A DNA stretch of 64,000 bases, taken from NCBI RefSeq assembly GCF_009914755.1, contig NC_060932.1; one strand, 5' to 3'. The notes under the pieces are model-generated. The model ran no database searches. It saw only the letters and a program-made list of their open reading frames with translations, and was not told where the DNA came from. This document shows, one piece after another, positions 15,660 to 28,479 of the stretch; position 1 is the first letter of the stretch, and each line of letters starts with the position of its first letter. Source of the DNA: the human T2T-CHM13v2.0 reference genome, Homo sapiens. The position numbers were made by a program, and so were the translations under genes.

Positions 15660-17345
15660 ATCTTATCAGTCCTTTGCCACTTACAAAGCCCTGTACCCAC
15701 CTCTGCTGCCACACTCCCTGCAGACAACTTCATCTCTATAATACAGAGATAAGTAGAATCATTGGGAGGAAACTCCCTCAATTCCCTGAACTCATAAACC
15801 TGCAATTGACATGACTGCTGCCTCCTCTGTGCCTGTCACCGTGAAACAGAAGTCTGTCTTCATCTCAGACTAATCCTTCCAGCCATGGCGTGACTCTCGT
15901 CAACGCCAACCTTCTCACTTCCAGTTTTCTATTATTCTCTCCCATGAGCATTTAAACGTGCACAAGTCTCCCAATTCAAAAATAACATACAAGCTCCTGG
16001 ACTCCATTTTCTTCTCCAGGGACCACTGTCTTTTTTCTCCCGTTCACAGCCAAGCTTCTCGAGAGAGACAGAACATCATACTCACTATTGCTGCTCGATC
16101 ATTTCTCATTGGCTCTTCAATCCACAGAGGCCCTGGTTTCTGTCCCCACCAATCCACTAGAACTGCCCTCCGGGATGTTGCTAAATCCAATGGACCTTCC
16201 CAATAGTTAGCAAACTTGACCTCTCGGCGGCTCTGTCTCTTTCTTTTTCGGTCTGTGTTTTTTGAAACACTGCTTCCTTGGCTTATGTGATACCGTGATT
16301 GCCTGGCTTTCCTCCTGTTGCGCAGCCTGTCCTCTGTCACCTTTACCTCTTTCATTCTCTAAATGTGGATGCTTTTCAGGCTGTATCTGAGACCCTGACC
16401 TCTGCTCCTTCTGCACGGCGTCAGCTGCATCCACATGGGGATGATTTTTAGATCGTTATCTGCAGCCAAATCCTCTCCCCTGAGCTCCTGCCCTAAACAT
16501 CCAACTGCGCTTCCCTCGGAGGGGCCACATCTCACCCTCGCACATCCACAGTGGAATTCTTCATTCTCTCTTGCTTGCCAGGATCCATCTGCCTTCAGCG
16601 TGCCCCTCCTTCTGGAATCCCGGTGTTAGTGAACAGCACAACTGTGATCAAGCCAGAAACCGGTCCCAAGAAACCTAAGCAAACCAGGAACTTTTGATTC
16701 CCACTCAGCCCTCACCCTACATCTGACCAGCCACCAAGCCCTGTCTCACTATTGCTTTTCCTCAAAACCAGCATTTCCCTGAGATTCCATAGCCACTGTC
16801 TTAGTCTAAGTTGCTATCATAGTTCCCTTGGGAAATTAATAGACCTGTTATATATATTTTTTTTTTTCCTAGCTCTCCCAAGGCTACCCTATTGCCCCAA
16901 AAATAAAGCCCAAATGTCCTAACATGGCAGAGAAGGCCTTCATGACTGGGACTTTCTGTATCTTTGTATCTTCATGTCATCCGCCACCACTTCCTCTCCT
17001 CCCCTCCCCAGTCCTGCCCGCCCTCTATTCTGAGACTGGAGTTTGTAAATCTGTCATTTTCTCCCTCAGACCCTGCCCTAGGTTTTCCCACGCTGCTCCC
17101 TAGGCCCAAAGCCCCTGGGACTTTGCTCAGAAGGCACTCTTCTGCTATGAAGCCTTCCCGTATCTGTGAGGCCCCTTCTGCGTGTTCTTACAGTGGGCAT
17201 TAATCACTCTGTAGCACAGCTGCTCTCTACTTTGAGCTCTTTCTCAGTAGATGGCAAGACTGTCTTTCACCCAACACTGTACTCCCAGCTTCGAGCGCAG
17301 TACCTTCTGGCCCAAGACTCAGTGCTTGTTTGTTGAATGAATGGA
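15660..17345 (+). mobile_element. L2 (3' portion)
   Basis: L2-like motifs (ctaaatccaatggac, ttccttggcttatgtgatacc, tgatcaagccagaaacc) ending in the tgttgaatgaatg tail. Confidence 0.7.
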
Positions 17346-17787
17346 TAAGCGTGTGTTTATGCATCGTATTTTATTTTATGGTGCCTATGTTCTACCAGCT
17401 ACCCTTTCCCAAATGCAACACCATAAAACACTCTACACAGTGGGTGTTTACGAACTTTTCATCCCTTCTCCTCATCCTAGGGAACCCCTTGGAATACACT
17501 AGGTAGCTTGGAGCATAGCGGCAATCATCTCCATCCCGGTGTGTGATGGAGGCTTCTCCATGTGGGCACTCATGCCTCAGTGGCACTCTGGCCTGAGCAT
17601 TGGGTCCAAGGCTGTGGGCGTGTTGGAGTCTGTGGGCCTGAGTGTTAGACCCCCCTTATGTGGAGATAAGATTACAGCTGGACAGCGTAACCCAATGGGG
17701 CGTAAGTGCGTGTACCAGCGTCAACACTCCCTTGGTGTCGAGCTTTTCTGCACTCCAAGCTCCACTTTGTGAAAATAATCTGGGACA

Positions 17788-17905
17788 CAGCACAACCAAC
17801 TGTCCTGATCTGCCTGGGACTATGGGAATTTCTGGGATGTGGGATGTCAGTGCTAAATCACCAGGAAAGTCCTCGTAAAGCGGGATGCATTGGTGGCCCC
17901 ACCTA
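17788..17905. mobile_element. MER94/MER81-like hAT-Blackjack element
   Basis: accaactgtcctgatctgcctgggact...tcagtgctaaa...gaaagtcc...gggatg. Confidence 0.6.
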
Positions 17906-18194
17906 AACTGGAAGTTAGGATTTGTACAAAAGATTGAATTAGTTCTCAGTGACCCCTCGACCTAACCCTTGGTCCCTCACTGAGTGGGCTCCTTGGAGCG
18001 CTGTGATCAAAAACAAAGATAGAGTGGCTGCCATGATACTGTGTGTGTGTGTGTGTGTGTCTCAATGGGATTACCTCTCAGGATTGTGATATTCGCTTCC
18101 TGGAGGGAAGTCTCTGAAGGGCAGTGGGTGGGGGACAGAGACTAATGTGTGTGGAAGAGATGGATAACTCATTAACTGGGGACAGAAAGAATTA

Positions 18195-18498
<304 letters not shown>

Positions 18499-19244
18499 GA
18501 ATTGTCCATATGGGTTAGCTCCCAGCCTTACTTCCCCCACCCGGGAGAAGCTTTCCTGCAGACCCCAGAGAGAGGTGGGCTGGGAGTTGGGGAAGGGCCT
18601 AAGCAGGAGAAAAAATCTAAGAAGGCATAGGTGAGGGAATCCTAAAGGGTAAGGGGCAATCTCGGGGTAAGAGAGGAGAAAGAGAAGGAAACAAGGAAGG
18701 ACGAGGAAGATGGAAAGTGCTGGTGGGTCCAGTCCTAGCAGCAGAGGGAGGGGTTAAGACTGGGACTCCGGAGAGGACCTCCATTGTGATGCAAATGAGT
18801 GACTGGGCAGAGAGAAGGGGCCCTGTGGGGAAGGGTGAGGGTGCAGGGCAAGGACAGCAGTAGGAGCTTACTGCAGTGACTGTATCATAACTGCTGGTTA
18901 TGAGGATTGGATTTCTTTTTTGCAGATGTCACGTGCCGGGGTGAACTGTTATTAACTAAAAGGAGTCAGGGCTTAGCTGCAAGAAAGGAGGTATGTGGTT
19001 GAGTGCATTTCAACATGGGTAGAAGAAATGGTGTAGCCTGCAGAAATGAAGGCAGGTTTTTGGGACTGGAGCACATTTTAATGGGAGGAGAAGTCTATAA
19101 AGCTAGTAGCCCCCTACCTACTCCCCCATTATAACTACTTCCAAAAAATAAAGAAAATGTTTAAGAGGCCTATAGGTTATCAAGAAATAATATAATCCTG
19201 GGATAGATTCATTTTAAGATACGCTGGTTTAATAAATGGATGAC

Positions 19245-19975
19245 TATGATATTATAAAATATATATTTGGTCTTTGACCCCATTTCCTGGCATCCTAAAA
19301 TCCTTAGAGGAGTCTCCAGAGTGATTTTTTTTTTTTTTTTTTGACTGATGGTTGGTAGCTTCAGAATAGGGCAGGTCACCAGAAAGACCAAGGCAGGATT
19401 AGATGGTTGGGACTTTCAGCCACTGCCCCTAACCTCTGGGGAGGAGAGAGGGGCTGAAGGTTAAGTTGATCACCAATGGCCAATGGCTTAATCAATCATG
19501 CCTATGCAATGTAGCCTCCATAAAAACCCAAAAGGACAGGGCTCAGGAAGTTTCTGGATAGTTGAACACCTGGAGGGTCTTGGAGGGTGGCGTGCCCAGA
19601 GAGGGCATGGAAGCACCCCACCTCTTCTCCCCTGCCTTTCTCTACGCATCTCTTCATCTGTATCCTTTGTAATATCCTGTACAATCAATCAGTAAGTGTG
19701 TTTCACTGAGTTCTGTGAGCTGCTCTAGCAAATTAATCAAACCCAAGGCTGGGGTCATGGGAACTCCAATTTATAGCCAGTCAGAAGTATTGGTGAAACA
19801 ACCTGGTGAATTAATCTCCAGGTAGGTAGTGCCATAAATGAACTGAATGAGAGAACATCAGAGGGTCCTCTGCAGAGCTGATTGTTTTCTTGTTGGTTGG
19901 GAAAACCCCACATATGTGGTAATAGAAGTCTTCTGGGTTGATTGTTACGGTGTTAGATCAGAGGAAAACGGTTTA
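19245..19975 (+). mobile_element. MER21-family LTR
   Basis: ggtcaccagaaagaccaaggcaggattaga...tgatcaccaatggccaatgg...aatcaatcatgcctatg. Confidence 0.75.
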
Positions 19976-20023
19976 TTTATTAAAGGTGCTCCCAATACTG
20001 GACATTAGGATTAAGGGTAAGCA

Positions 20024-20641
20024 TGTCAGAGGCATTTGAACCAGAGCAACTCCATGTTGAATAGGGGCTGGGTAAAATAAGGCTGAGACCTACTGGGCTG
20101 CATTGCCAGGAAGTTAAGGCATTCTAAGTCACAGGATGAGACAGGAAGTAGGCAGAAGATACAGGTCATAAAGACCTTGCTGATAAAACAGGCTGTGGTA
20201 AAGAAGCAGGCCAAAACCTACCAAAACCAAGATGGTGATGAGAGTGACCTCTGGTCGTGCTCACTGCTCATTATATGCTAATTATAGTGCATTAATATGC
20301 TAAAAGATATTCCCAGCAGTGCCTTGGCAGTTTACAAATGCCCTGGCAATGTCAGGAAATTACCGTATATGGTCTAAAAAGGGAGGAACCCTCAGTTCTG
20401 GGAAGTACCCACCCCTTTCCCGGAAAACTCATGAATAATACACCCCTTTTTTTAGCATATAATCAAGAAATAACTATAAGTATATTCAGCTGAACAGCCA
20501 TGCTGCTGCTCTGCCTATGGAGTAGCCATTCTTTTGTTTTGTAAACTTGCTTTCACTTTATGGACTTGCCCTGAATTCTTTCTTGAGCAAGGTCCAAGAA
20601 CCCTCTCTTGGGGACTGGATTAGGACCTCTTTCCAGTAACA
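20024..20641 (+). mobile_element. MER41B-like solo LTR (ERV1)
   Basis: TGTCAGAGGCATTTGAACCAGAGCAACTCCAT...CCAGTAACA; TG...CA ends; TSD agca/agta. Confidence 0.88.
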
Positions 20642-21083
20642 AGTATATAAGGCTGGTATTAATTCCAACAGGACAAACCAAGAAATGGTTTAAGAACTGG
20701 GCCTTTAACTGTGGATTTTCACTTTGTAGGCTGATCTATGAGTTGGAGGAAGTAGGGTGGGGTGTTAGAAAATTCCAGCAACTCCAGGTGGGCGAACTGT
20801 CCTAAAAGCACCCTTTTCTCTGTTTCTGTGCACCATAGTGCCAAGAATCTGGTGCAAGATCCAAAACAGCAGGATTTGTCAGCCTCCTAGCCATTTCCCA
20901 GTAGGACTTGCTGTGTCTAATGCCAATTCCAGCTTGGTGCAGAGCTTGGGAACCCTGGGACTGGAGGGAAGGCTGGGAGCAGGATAATGTGTGTGTGGAA
21001 ACAGTCCCATCTACTATGAGCACCTTGGAACGTCTTGCTCACCACTGTATGTATCACTTAGCACAGCGCCTGGCACATAGTTG

Positions 21084-21780
21084 TGTTACAGTAGGTAGTC
21101 GGGCAGGCATGAGCAGGGCAGGAGAGTCCCCAACCCAGGAATGTCAGGTGACCATCAGATGGTCAGGTGGTTGTTACAGTGTGTCGCTGAAATAATAATT
21201 GGTCACAGCTGGTGCCAGGGACAGGCAGTCTCCCAGTAGATAGAAACACCTGAAGCTGGTGATCAGCAGCTTCCTGATAAGATCTCAGCAGTTGGGTGTG
21301 TGGGTTCAAGCATGCGCACTAAGAGGCAAAATGGTATAACTGGTATATTACCTTCCTCTAGGAACGAGACAGGTAAGTGGAGAATTCCTCAAATGAGCAT
21401 GCACACAACTTCAGTAAACCCACGGTGCATGTACAGCATTTGCCCTTCCCAAGTGCTGGCAGGCCACTGTGCATGTGGACAGCCCACCCAAAGGGAAGAA
21501 TCAGGAGGAAATAACGCAACAGGAAGATGCCAACATAAGACCCCAGGTCAAAGGTCAAACCGTACACTTGACTCTCTCACAGGCCTCCCACCGGGCTCTC
21601 TTACAAGCGTGCTTCACTCCATTTCATTCCTGCCCTGATAGTTGTTAATACACTTTCACTCCTGCTCTAAAACTTGCCTCAGTTTCTCACTCTGCCTTAT
21701 ACCTCCTCTGTCTAATTCTTTCTCTGAGGAGGCAAGAACTGGGGTTGCTGCAGGCCTGTATGGATTTGCTGCTGCTAATA
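21084..21780 (+). mobile_element. MER50-like solo LTR inserted in an L2 3' tail
   Basis: TGTTACAGTAGGTAG...GCATGAGCAGGGCAGGAGAG start; the L2 tail (cctggcacatag / ctcaatacatatt...gaatgaatg) is split around it. Confidence 0.75.
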
Positions 21781-22532
21781 TGGAGCTCAATACATATTCA
21801 TCAAATGAATGAATGAATGAATGGACTTTCTGCCTTACTTCTCTCCTAGCTCAAATAGATCTTCCACATTGCAGCAACTAGGCACTGCCTTTCTAAAACA
21901 CAGACTTGACAGCTTCAGGTTCTTTTCCAGCCTCTCCTCTCTCCAATAATTGTCTTAATTTCCTTCCTCGGAGATCTGTACTCACTCCCTGCAGTACATT
22001 CATGACCCTTTATGCCCTGGGTCCCAACCCCAATTGCCAGTTTTATTTGTCCTGTCACCTGTCAGTGCTTTCTCACCATTTCTTCCAAATGCCACTCAGC
22101 ACATAATGCTCTCATGTGCCACAGGCACAACCTAGAATCTCTTTCACAAAACTTCTCCCTATATCTCCAGCCTTCTGCCTGTGAAAACCCATCCTTCAAG
22201 GTCCAGCTCAAATGTCACTTCCTCCAGGAAGCCATCCTATGTTTTCTTTGCTGCCTTGTCTGTCATTGTACAATGGCAGACTGAAACTCTTAGAGAATTG
22301 ATTTCATTCTGTTTCTGAAGTAACCTGTTCTTTATCTGTCTATCCCCTCTGCTAGTCTTTGGGCTTCTTGAAGACTAACATTGTTTTGTCTCCATTTACC
22401 CAGCTAAACAGCCATCCAAGGAAGGAGGGAGGGAAATCAGAGAGGCTCAAAGAAGTTGGAAGATGTGTTAGTGGGCTGGTGACAGGAAAATAAAAAATAG
22501 CAGACATCTAGCTATTTGCCTCAGAAATTGCT

Positions 22533-22785
22533 GGACTTTGGAAGGCTGAATTGAGAGAATCGCCTGAGGCCAGGGGTTCGAGACCAGCCTGGGTGACATA
22601 GTGAGACCCCCCATGTCTACAAAACATTTTAAAATTAGCTGGGCGTGGTGCCATGCACCTGAAGTCCCAGCTACTGAGAGTCTGAGGTGGGAGGATCGCT
22701 TAAGTCCAGGAGTTCCAGGCTGCAGTGAGCTCCAGCCTGGGTGATGGAGCAAGACCCTGTCTCAAAAAAAAAAAAAAAAAAAAAA
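22533..22785 (+). mobile_element. Alu (J-type, 5' truncated)
   Basis: Alu body with A-tail. Confidence 0.88.
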
Positions 22786-22787
22786 GA

Positions 22788-23070
22788 GGCTGAGCATGGT
22801 GGTTTATGCCTGTAATACCAGCACTTTGGGAGGCCAAAGTGAGCAGATCGCTTGAGTTCAGGAGTTTGAGACCAGCATGGGAAACATGGTGAGACCCCAA
22901 CTCTAATAAAAACAAACAAATAAGCTGGGCATGGTAGCACATGCCCGTAGTCCCAGCTACTCAGGAGGCTGAGGTGGGAGGATCACCTGAGCCCAGGAGG
23001 TTGAGGCTGCAGTTAGCCATGATCTCTGGGTGACAGAGAGAAACCGTGTCTCAAAAAAAAAAAAAAAAAT
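22788..23070 (+). mobile_element. Alu (J-type)
   Basis: Directly follows the previous Alu tail. Confidence 0.9.
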
Positions 23071-24235
23071 TGCTGAAATTGCCAGTGAATTTTCTTTTCC
23101 TGATTTCACTTCCATCCCAAGAAGTAGAATTGCTACTGACCGAGAAAAGAGGTGAAGGAGGCCTTAGGCCATCCTCCTACACAGGAGACAGTGAAAGTGC
23201 TTGCTCTTATTCCCTTAGGTACCACCCCAACCCCAGATGAGGCTGGATTTCCCTCGTTTTCTCAGTTCTTTCTTTCGAAGAATCGGCCCTGATCTTCTTA
23301 GAGTAGCCCACAATAAGGGTGCACCCTTCCTTCTGCTTTCATCTGCCCAGTAATAGTGCTAATTGGAAGGACTTTGGCTCTTCCCGCAGCCTGGCTTTGT
23401 CAGGCGTAACAGTCCTCTCTCATTCTCTGGATGTGGCTCGTGTTCCTGCTGGCAGTCTTCTTCAGAGTTCACTTGTCATTCAGACCTCTGTGAAAGGCCC
23501 CCTTACAACTTGCTCATTCACTGTACCTCATTGTCCCTGCCCATTCATTGACATTCATGGGGATAATTCCTCCCGCTGCCACATGCACGGAGGCGCGTGC
23601 ACATGTGTTCAGACCCCGTGTCCCATTAGCAGTGAGAACACTTGAAATAAAAAAGCAGCACCGCCTGAATGTGGAACTGCCTTCCCCTTTAATAGCTGGG
23701 GAGTCGATTGCGCTAATGTTATTTCAAGAAGTGCCAGGAGAATTGGTGGGCACAGCAGAGCAGGGAGGGAGGAAGGGGCAGGGTGGTCCTGACAGTTCCC
23801 TTCCTTAAAGCACTGTCAGCGACATCACTCCAGACAGACCCAGCTCTCCTCCTCCCATCCTTCCTCCTTAGATCCAGCCAGTTCTGGGAGCTGCACTCCC
23901 TACCTTCCACCTGGACATTAGCCTGGCATTCAAGGCTCTCTAAAAAACCGCTCACAAGTACCTCCCAGACTTACCTTCTACCTCCTCTCTAGGCTGAATT
24001 CTTCTCTAACCAGCCAGGTCTAGGCTGATGATCTGCAGCTCACAGTTCGCTTATCTGTTCTTTCAAATCATTCCCCAGGGCCTGGGTGGCTGCAATGGCA
24101 GCAAGAACAGTTGTTCTCCCTGAGCTACTCAGCAAAGACGGTGTCTACTCAGTATTTTTTAACGTAATGGTTATAGGAATGGTTGAAGAAAATCATTACA
24201 GAAGCAGGACAAGGGTAAGATTGTGAGATGGGAGA

Positions 24236-24975
24236 GGATATCATTTGGATGTTTGTCCCCTCCAAATCTCATGTTGAAATTTGATCTCTAAGGGTGGAGG
24301 TGAGGCCTGGTGGGAGGTGTTTAGGTCACCGGGGTGGATCCCTCAAGAATGGCTTAGTGGCCTGGACACGGTGGCTCACGCCTGTAATCCCAGCACTTTG
24401 GGAGGCTGAGGTGGGCAGATCACCTGAGGTCAGCAGTTCAAGACCAGCCTGGCCAACATGGTGAAACCCCATCTCTACTAAAAATACAAAAAAAAAAAAA
24501 AAAATTAGCTGCGCATTGTGGTGGGCACCTGTAATCTCAGCTACTCGGGAGGCCGAGGCAGGAGAATCGCTTGCACCTGAGGCAGAAGTTGCAGTGAGCC
24601 AAGATCGCACCATTGCACTCCAGCCTGGGCAACAAGAGTGAAACTCTGTCTCAAAAAAAAAAGAATGGCTGAGTGCCCTCCTCACAGTCATGAGTGAGTT
24701 CTTGCTGAATTCGTTTGCACAAGAGCTGGTCATTGAAAAGAGGCTGGCATCTCCTCTCTCTCTCTTGTTCCCTCTATTACCATGTGATATGTCTGTTCCC
24801 CCTTCACCTTGCACCATGGATAAAAGCTTCCTGAGACCTCACCAGAGCTGAGCAGATGCTGGGGCCATGCTTGTACAACCAGCAGAACTGTGAGCCAAAT
24901 AAACCTCTCTTCTGTATAAATTACCCAGTCTCAGGTATTCCTTTATAGCAATGAAAAAATAAATGGACTAATACA
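24236..24975 (+). mobile_element. MST-type MaLR LTR interrupted by Alu
   Basis: tttggatgtttgtcccctccaaatctcatgttgaaat...aattacccagtctcaggtattcctttatagcaatg...ggactaataca. Confidence 0.85.
24359..24661 (+). mobile_element. Alu (S-type)
   Basis: Dimer; TSD aagaatggct(t/g)agt. Confidence 0.95.
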
Positions 24976-25669
24976 GGAGATAAGAGAGAAAAGAGTTGGT
25001 GGAAGGATGGAGCTATCATTATAGTTGATTCTGCTACCAGCCCCCCAGAGTATAGCCCCTGGCCACCCCCTGACCTTCAGAAACAGGCTCCGTTCTCTCT
25101 GATGTTAGGACCTGAACTTCTCCTCTGAGTACTGCAATCCCACCACCAAGCCTTCCAAGACTCACTCTAGTTCTGCCTTTCCATGAAGAGGGCCTTTTCT
25201 AGTCACCACGAGGGTCCACAGTCCTTTGACAGCCATGGGGTTCTTGGCAGTACCCTCACTGGCACTTACAAGGCCTTTCATGTGCACACACCATAATGAC
25301 TCATTAGAGACTTCAAGTTTCAGAGAGGAAGAGGTGGCGACTCATGCCTCTGTAGCCCTCCAGAGCACTGGTGGGAAAGGCTTGCCTCTGAGCAGCTGCT
25401 CTCTGAGCCTGCTGGGCCTCTGATCTGGCAGATGCAGAATGGTGTTTGCTGGCCATGTGGAAAACAGTAGAATGAGTTATCTCACAGATATGACAGATAT
25501 GACCTGGGGGCAGTTGCTACTGAGCACCAGGAGCATTTGGTGACCAAAAAAGCATAGGCTCTAAGGTCAAACAGATGAGGACTGTAACGTAGCTCCTTCT
25601 TGACTAGCTGTAAGAACTGCTACCTAATTGCTTTGAACTGTAGTTTTTCCTTTCGCATTTAAGTTGTGC

Positions 25670-25905
25670 TTGGGCTTCTCCACCTTGGCATTATTGACAA
25701 AGGCTAGGTAATTGTCTGTTGTAAGGGGCTGTCCTGTGTGTGGTAGGACATTTAGCAGCATTCCTGGCCCCTACATACTATGTGCCAGTTGCACTCACTC
25801 CCCTTTTCCACCAGTAGTTACCTTTAAAAATGTCTCTAGATGTTGCCAAATATTCCTTAGGTGGGTGGGTAGGGGGCAAAATCTTTCTCAGTTAAAAATC
25901 ACTGA
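25670..25905. mobile_element. MER20 (opposite orientation to the 5.7 kb copy)
   Basis: ttctccaccttggcattattgaca...ggggctgtcctgtg...aaaaatgtctctaga...aaaatcactg. Confidence 0.7.
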
Positions 25906-26268
25906 TCTTTACACCCTGGGGTTTTAAAGATGAGAGGATGTGATAGTGCATGGGACTTGTCTGATGATGTCTAGCATATAGTAGTAGATACTCATACATG
26001 TTGGTCCCACTGGATATTTCAAGAATAGAATTCTTTGAATAGAATAGAATAAAATAGGACACTTTCTCTTCCATCCTCATGCACCATGGAGCATCCCTGG
26101 GGGCTCAGAAGTGGGATGGATAGAGCCTGACTGGGCTTGAGAAGAGCTCTGGAGAAGGTATCTCCACCCAGTGATCTCCCCAGTGGCTTCACTGGTCAGG
26201 ACTGAAAAGAAGACACTTCATGGATGCTCAGATGTGTTCTGGAACTGTCTCATGAGAAAGGGATGTTC

Positions 26269-26612
26269 TGTATGGTCTGAATGTTTGTGTCCCCCAAAAA
26301 TGCATATGTCGAAACTTAGTGACCAATGTGACGGTATTAGGAGGTAGGGCCTTTGGGAGGTGATTAGGTCATGAGGGTGGAGCCCTCATAAATGGGATGA
26401 GTGTCCTCAGAGAACTACCTTGTCCCTTCCACCATCTGAAGACATAGCAAGAAGGCACCTGCTATGAACCAGAAAGTGGGTCCTCCCCAGACACTGAATC
26501 TGCTGGCACCTTGATCTTGGACTTCTCAGCCTCCAGAACTGTGAGAAATACATTTCTGCTGCCTATTGGCTACCTCGTTCATGGTATTTTTTTATAGCCG
26601 CCCGAACAGACT
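26269..26612 (+). mobile_element. MLT1A-type MaLR LTR
   Basis: tatggtctgaatgtttgtgtccccc...gccttgatcttggacttc-like...cagaactgtgagaaata. Confidence 0.8.
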
Positions 26613-28479
26613 GGAGTCTGTTCTGGAAACCCGGAGAGGGATACAATTTCAGCAGTTTACACGGAGAGCCATTTCCAAGCAGACAGCCTGTTTCTACTTC
26701 AGTTCTTCCTCCACACCTGGTTGTTCTGGGGAGACAGATGGTCCATTCTAGAGAAGGGAATATGAGTTATGTAGAGTAGCAGCTCCTACCAGCAAGGAGA
26801 GAGTGTGAGACACACTGTTGAGATGTTAGCTTGGCTGGAGTGCAGGATGGAGGGACTCAGGGTCTTCTGGCTGCAACTTCAGGTCACAGAGGAGAGAGTA
26901 ACCAGCTGTGGCCACTGCACATCTGGCCTAATGTGCATCCTGCCTGCCCAAATCCAGGCCTGTCTATTCCTTCAGGCCTAGGATCAATGGAAATCTTCCA
27001 AGTCAGCAAATCAGGCTTCCACCAGAGGCAAAACCAACTGAATATAGGAAATCTCAGGGTTGCCCAAGCAATAGATGCTCCAACCCCTCTTTCTTGATGG
27101 TGGAGTAGAAATGACAATGGACTGGAGGTCAGGCATCCTGGACTTGAACTTGCTCTGCTTGGCCATTGACTAGTTGTGTGGTCTTGAGTGAGTCATTCTC
27201 TCTGGGGCTTCCTTTCATCATCTCCCCATGGGCAGCTTCATAACCGCTCTTTCCAACTGAGAGGCTCTGGCTGGATCAGCAAACAAACACGCTTTGAGAA
27301 GAGAGAAAGGATTGTTGGCAAATGCCCACCAGCAAGTTCAGCCTCATGTTGAAGAAGCACCGGCCATGCCAGGGCCATTTAAAAGGGAGTCACTGGATGA
27401 AGGACTGAGCTAACAGGATGAGCACAGCCAAGGCAAACCATCTCTGGGAGACCAGAGCACAGCTGCCCTTCTGAAGATAACCAGGTCAGTGTGGAATAAG
27501 AGCTGGGAGCCCGCAGCCATCAGAGCAGAGGATGAGAAAGAAGGAGTTTATTGTTTGTTTTTGTTTTAATCACAAGATTAGTTAAGAGAAGGTAAAGGCA
27601 TGCACATTTCACTTTTTTTTTAATGGAGAGAGTATTAAGAACCAAAAGCCCAAGAGAGTGTTCTTCACTTTTACGTGTACATTGTCCGTGGAGACCTGTA
27701 GACCTGACCTCGGGGTACTAAGCCACACTCTGTGGTTCTCGCCTCTGCATTTGCTCATTTTCACCCTCTCTGCTCCCTACCTTGGGGCCTGCATCATCTC
27801 ATGCCTAGCATGTAATGACAACCCCCAAGGCAGCCGGCTTACCTCTTCTGCCTCCAACCCATTCTACACAAAGGTCATTCTAAACACAGATTTCAACACT
27901 TGGGTCACTTATCTGCCTGATAACCTTTCCCTGCTCCCATAGCCTATCTCATCAAGACCCATGCTCCCATCCGATAGTCTTAGAAAACCCCTCCACTAAG
28001 TGGTGAAATGAAAAGGCTGTGATCGAAACTGATCTTACAACTACTTCCTCATGGGGAGAACTCGGCCGAGCCTCTTTACTCTCTGAGCCCAGTTCCTTAT
28101 CTCCGAAAATGACATAAAGAGCTCACAGGTGGTGACCTCATAGGCACACAGTGAGGATCAATGATACAATGGACGCAAAGGGCTTTACAAACTCTAAAGT
28201 GCAGTACCAACATTCCCATCCATTCAAGTCTCTGCAAGATGGATTTCTTGTGGTTCTCACATTGCTTCCCTTCGTAGAGATTCTCCCTCCTTTTACTCAT
28301 CATGAAAATCCTGCCCTTGTGAGCTCATCAACTTCCACACCCTGATGCCTTCCTTCACTGGCCATATCCTTTAGGACTGAGCCTGCCACCCTGACCTGCC
28401 TCAGTTCTTCCATGTGTAGATACGAGTTAGTGAGCCCCACTATGTCTCTGGGGCTTATCCATAATCTCATTTACTTCTC

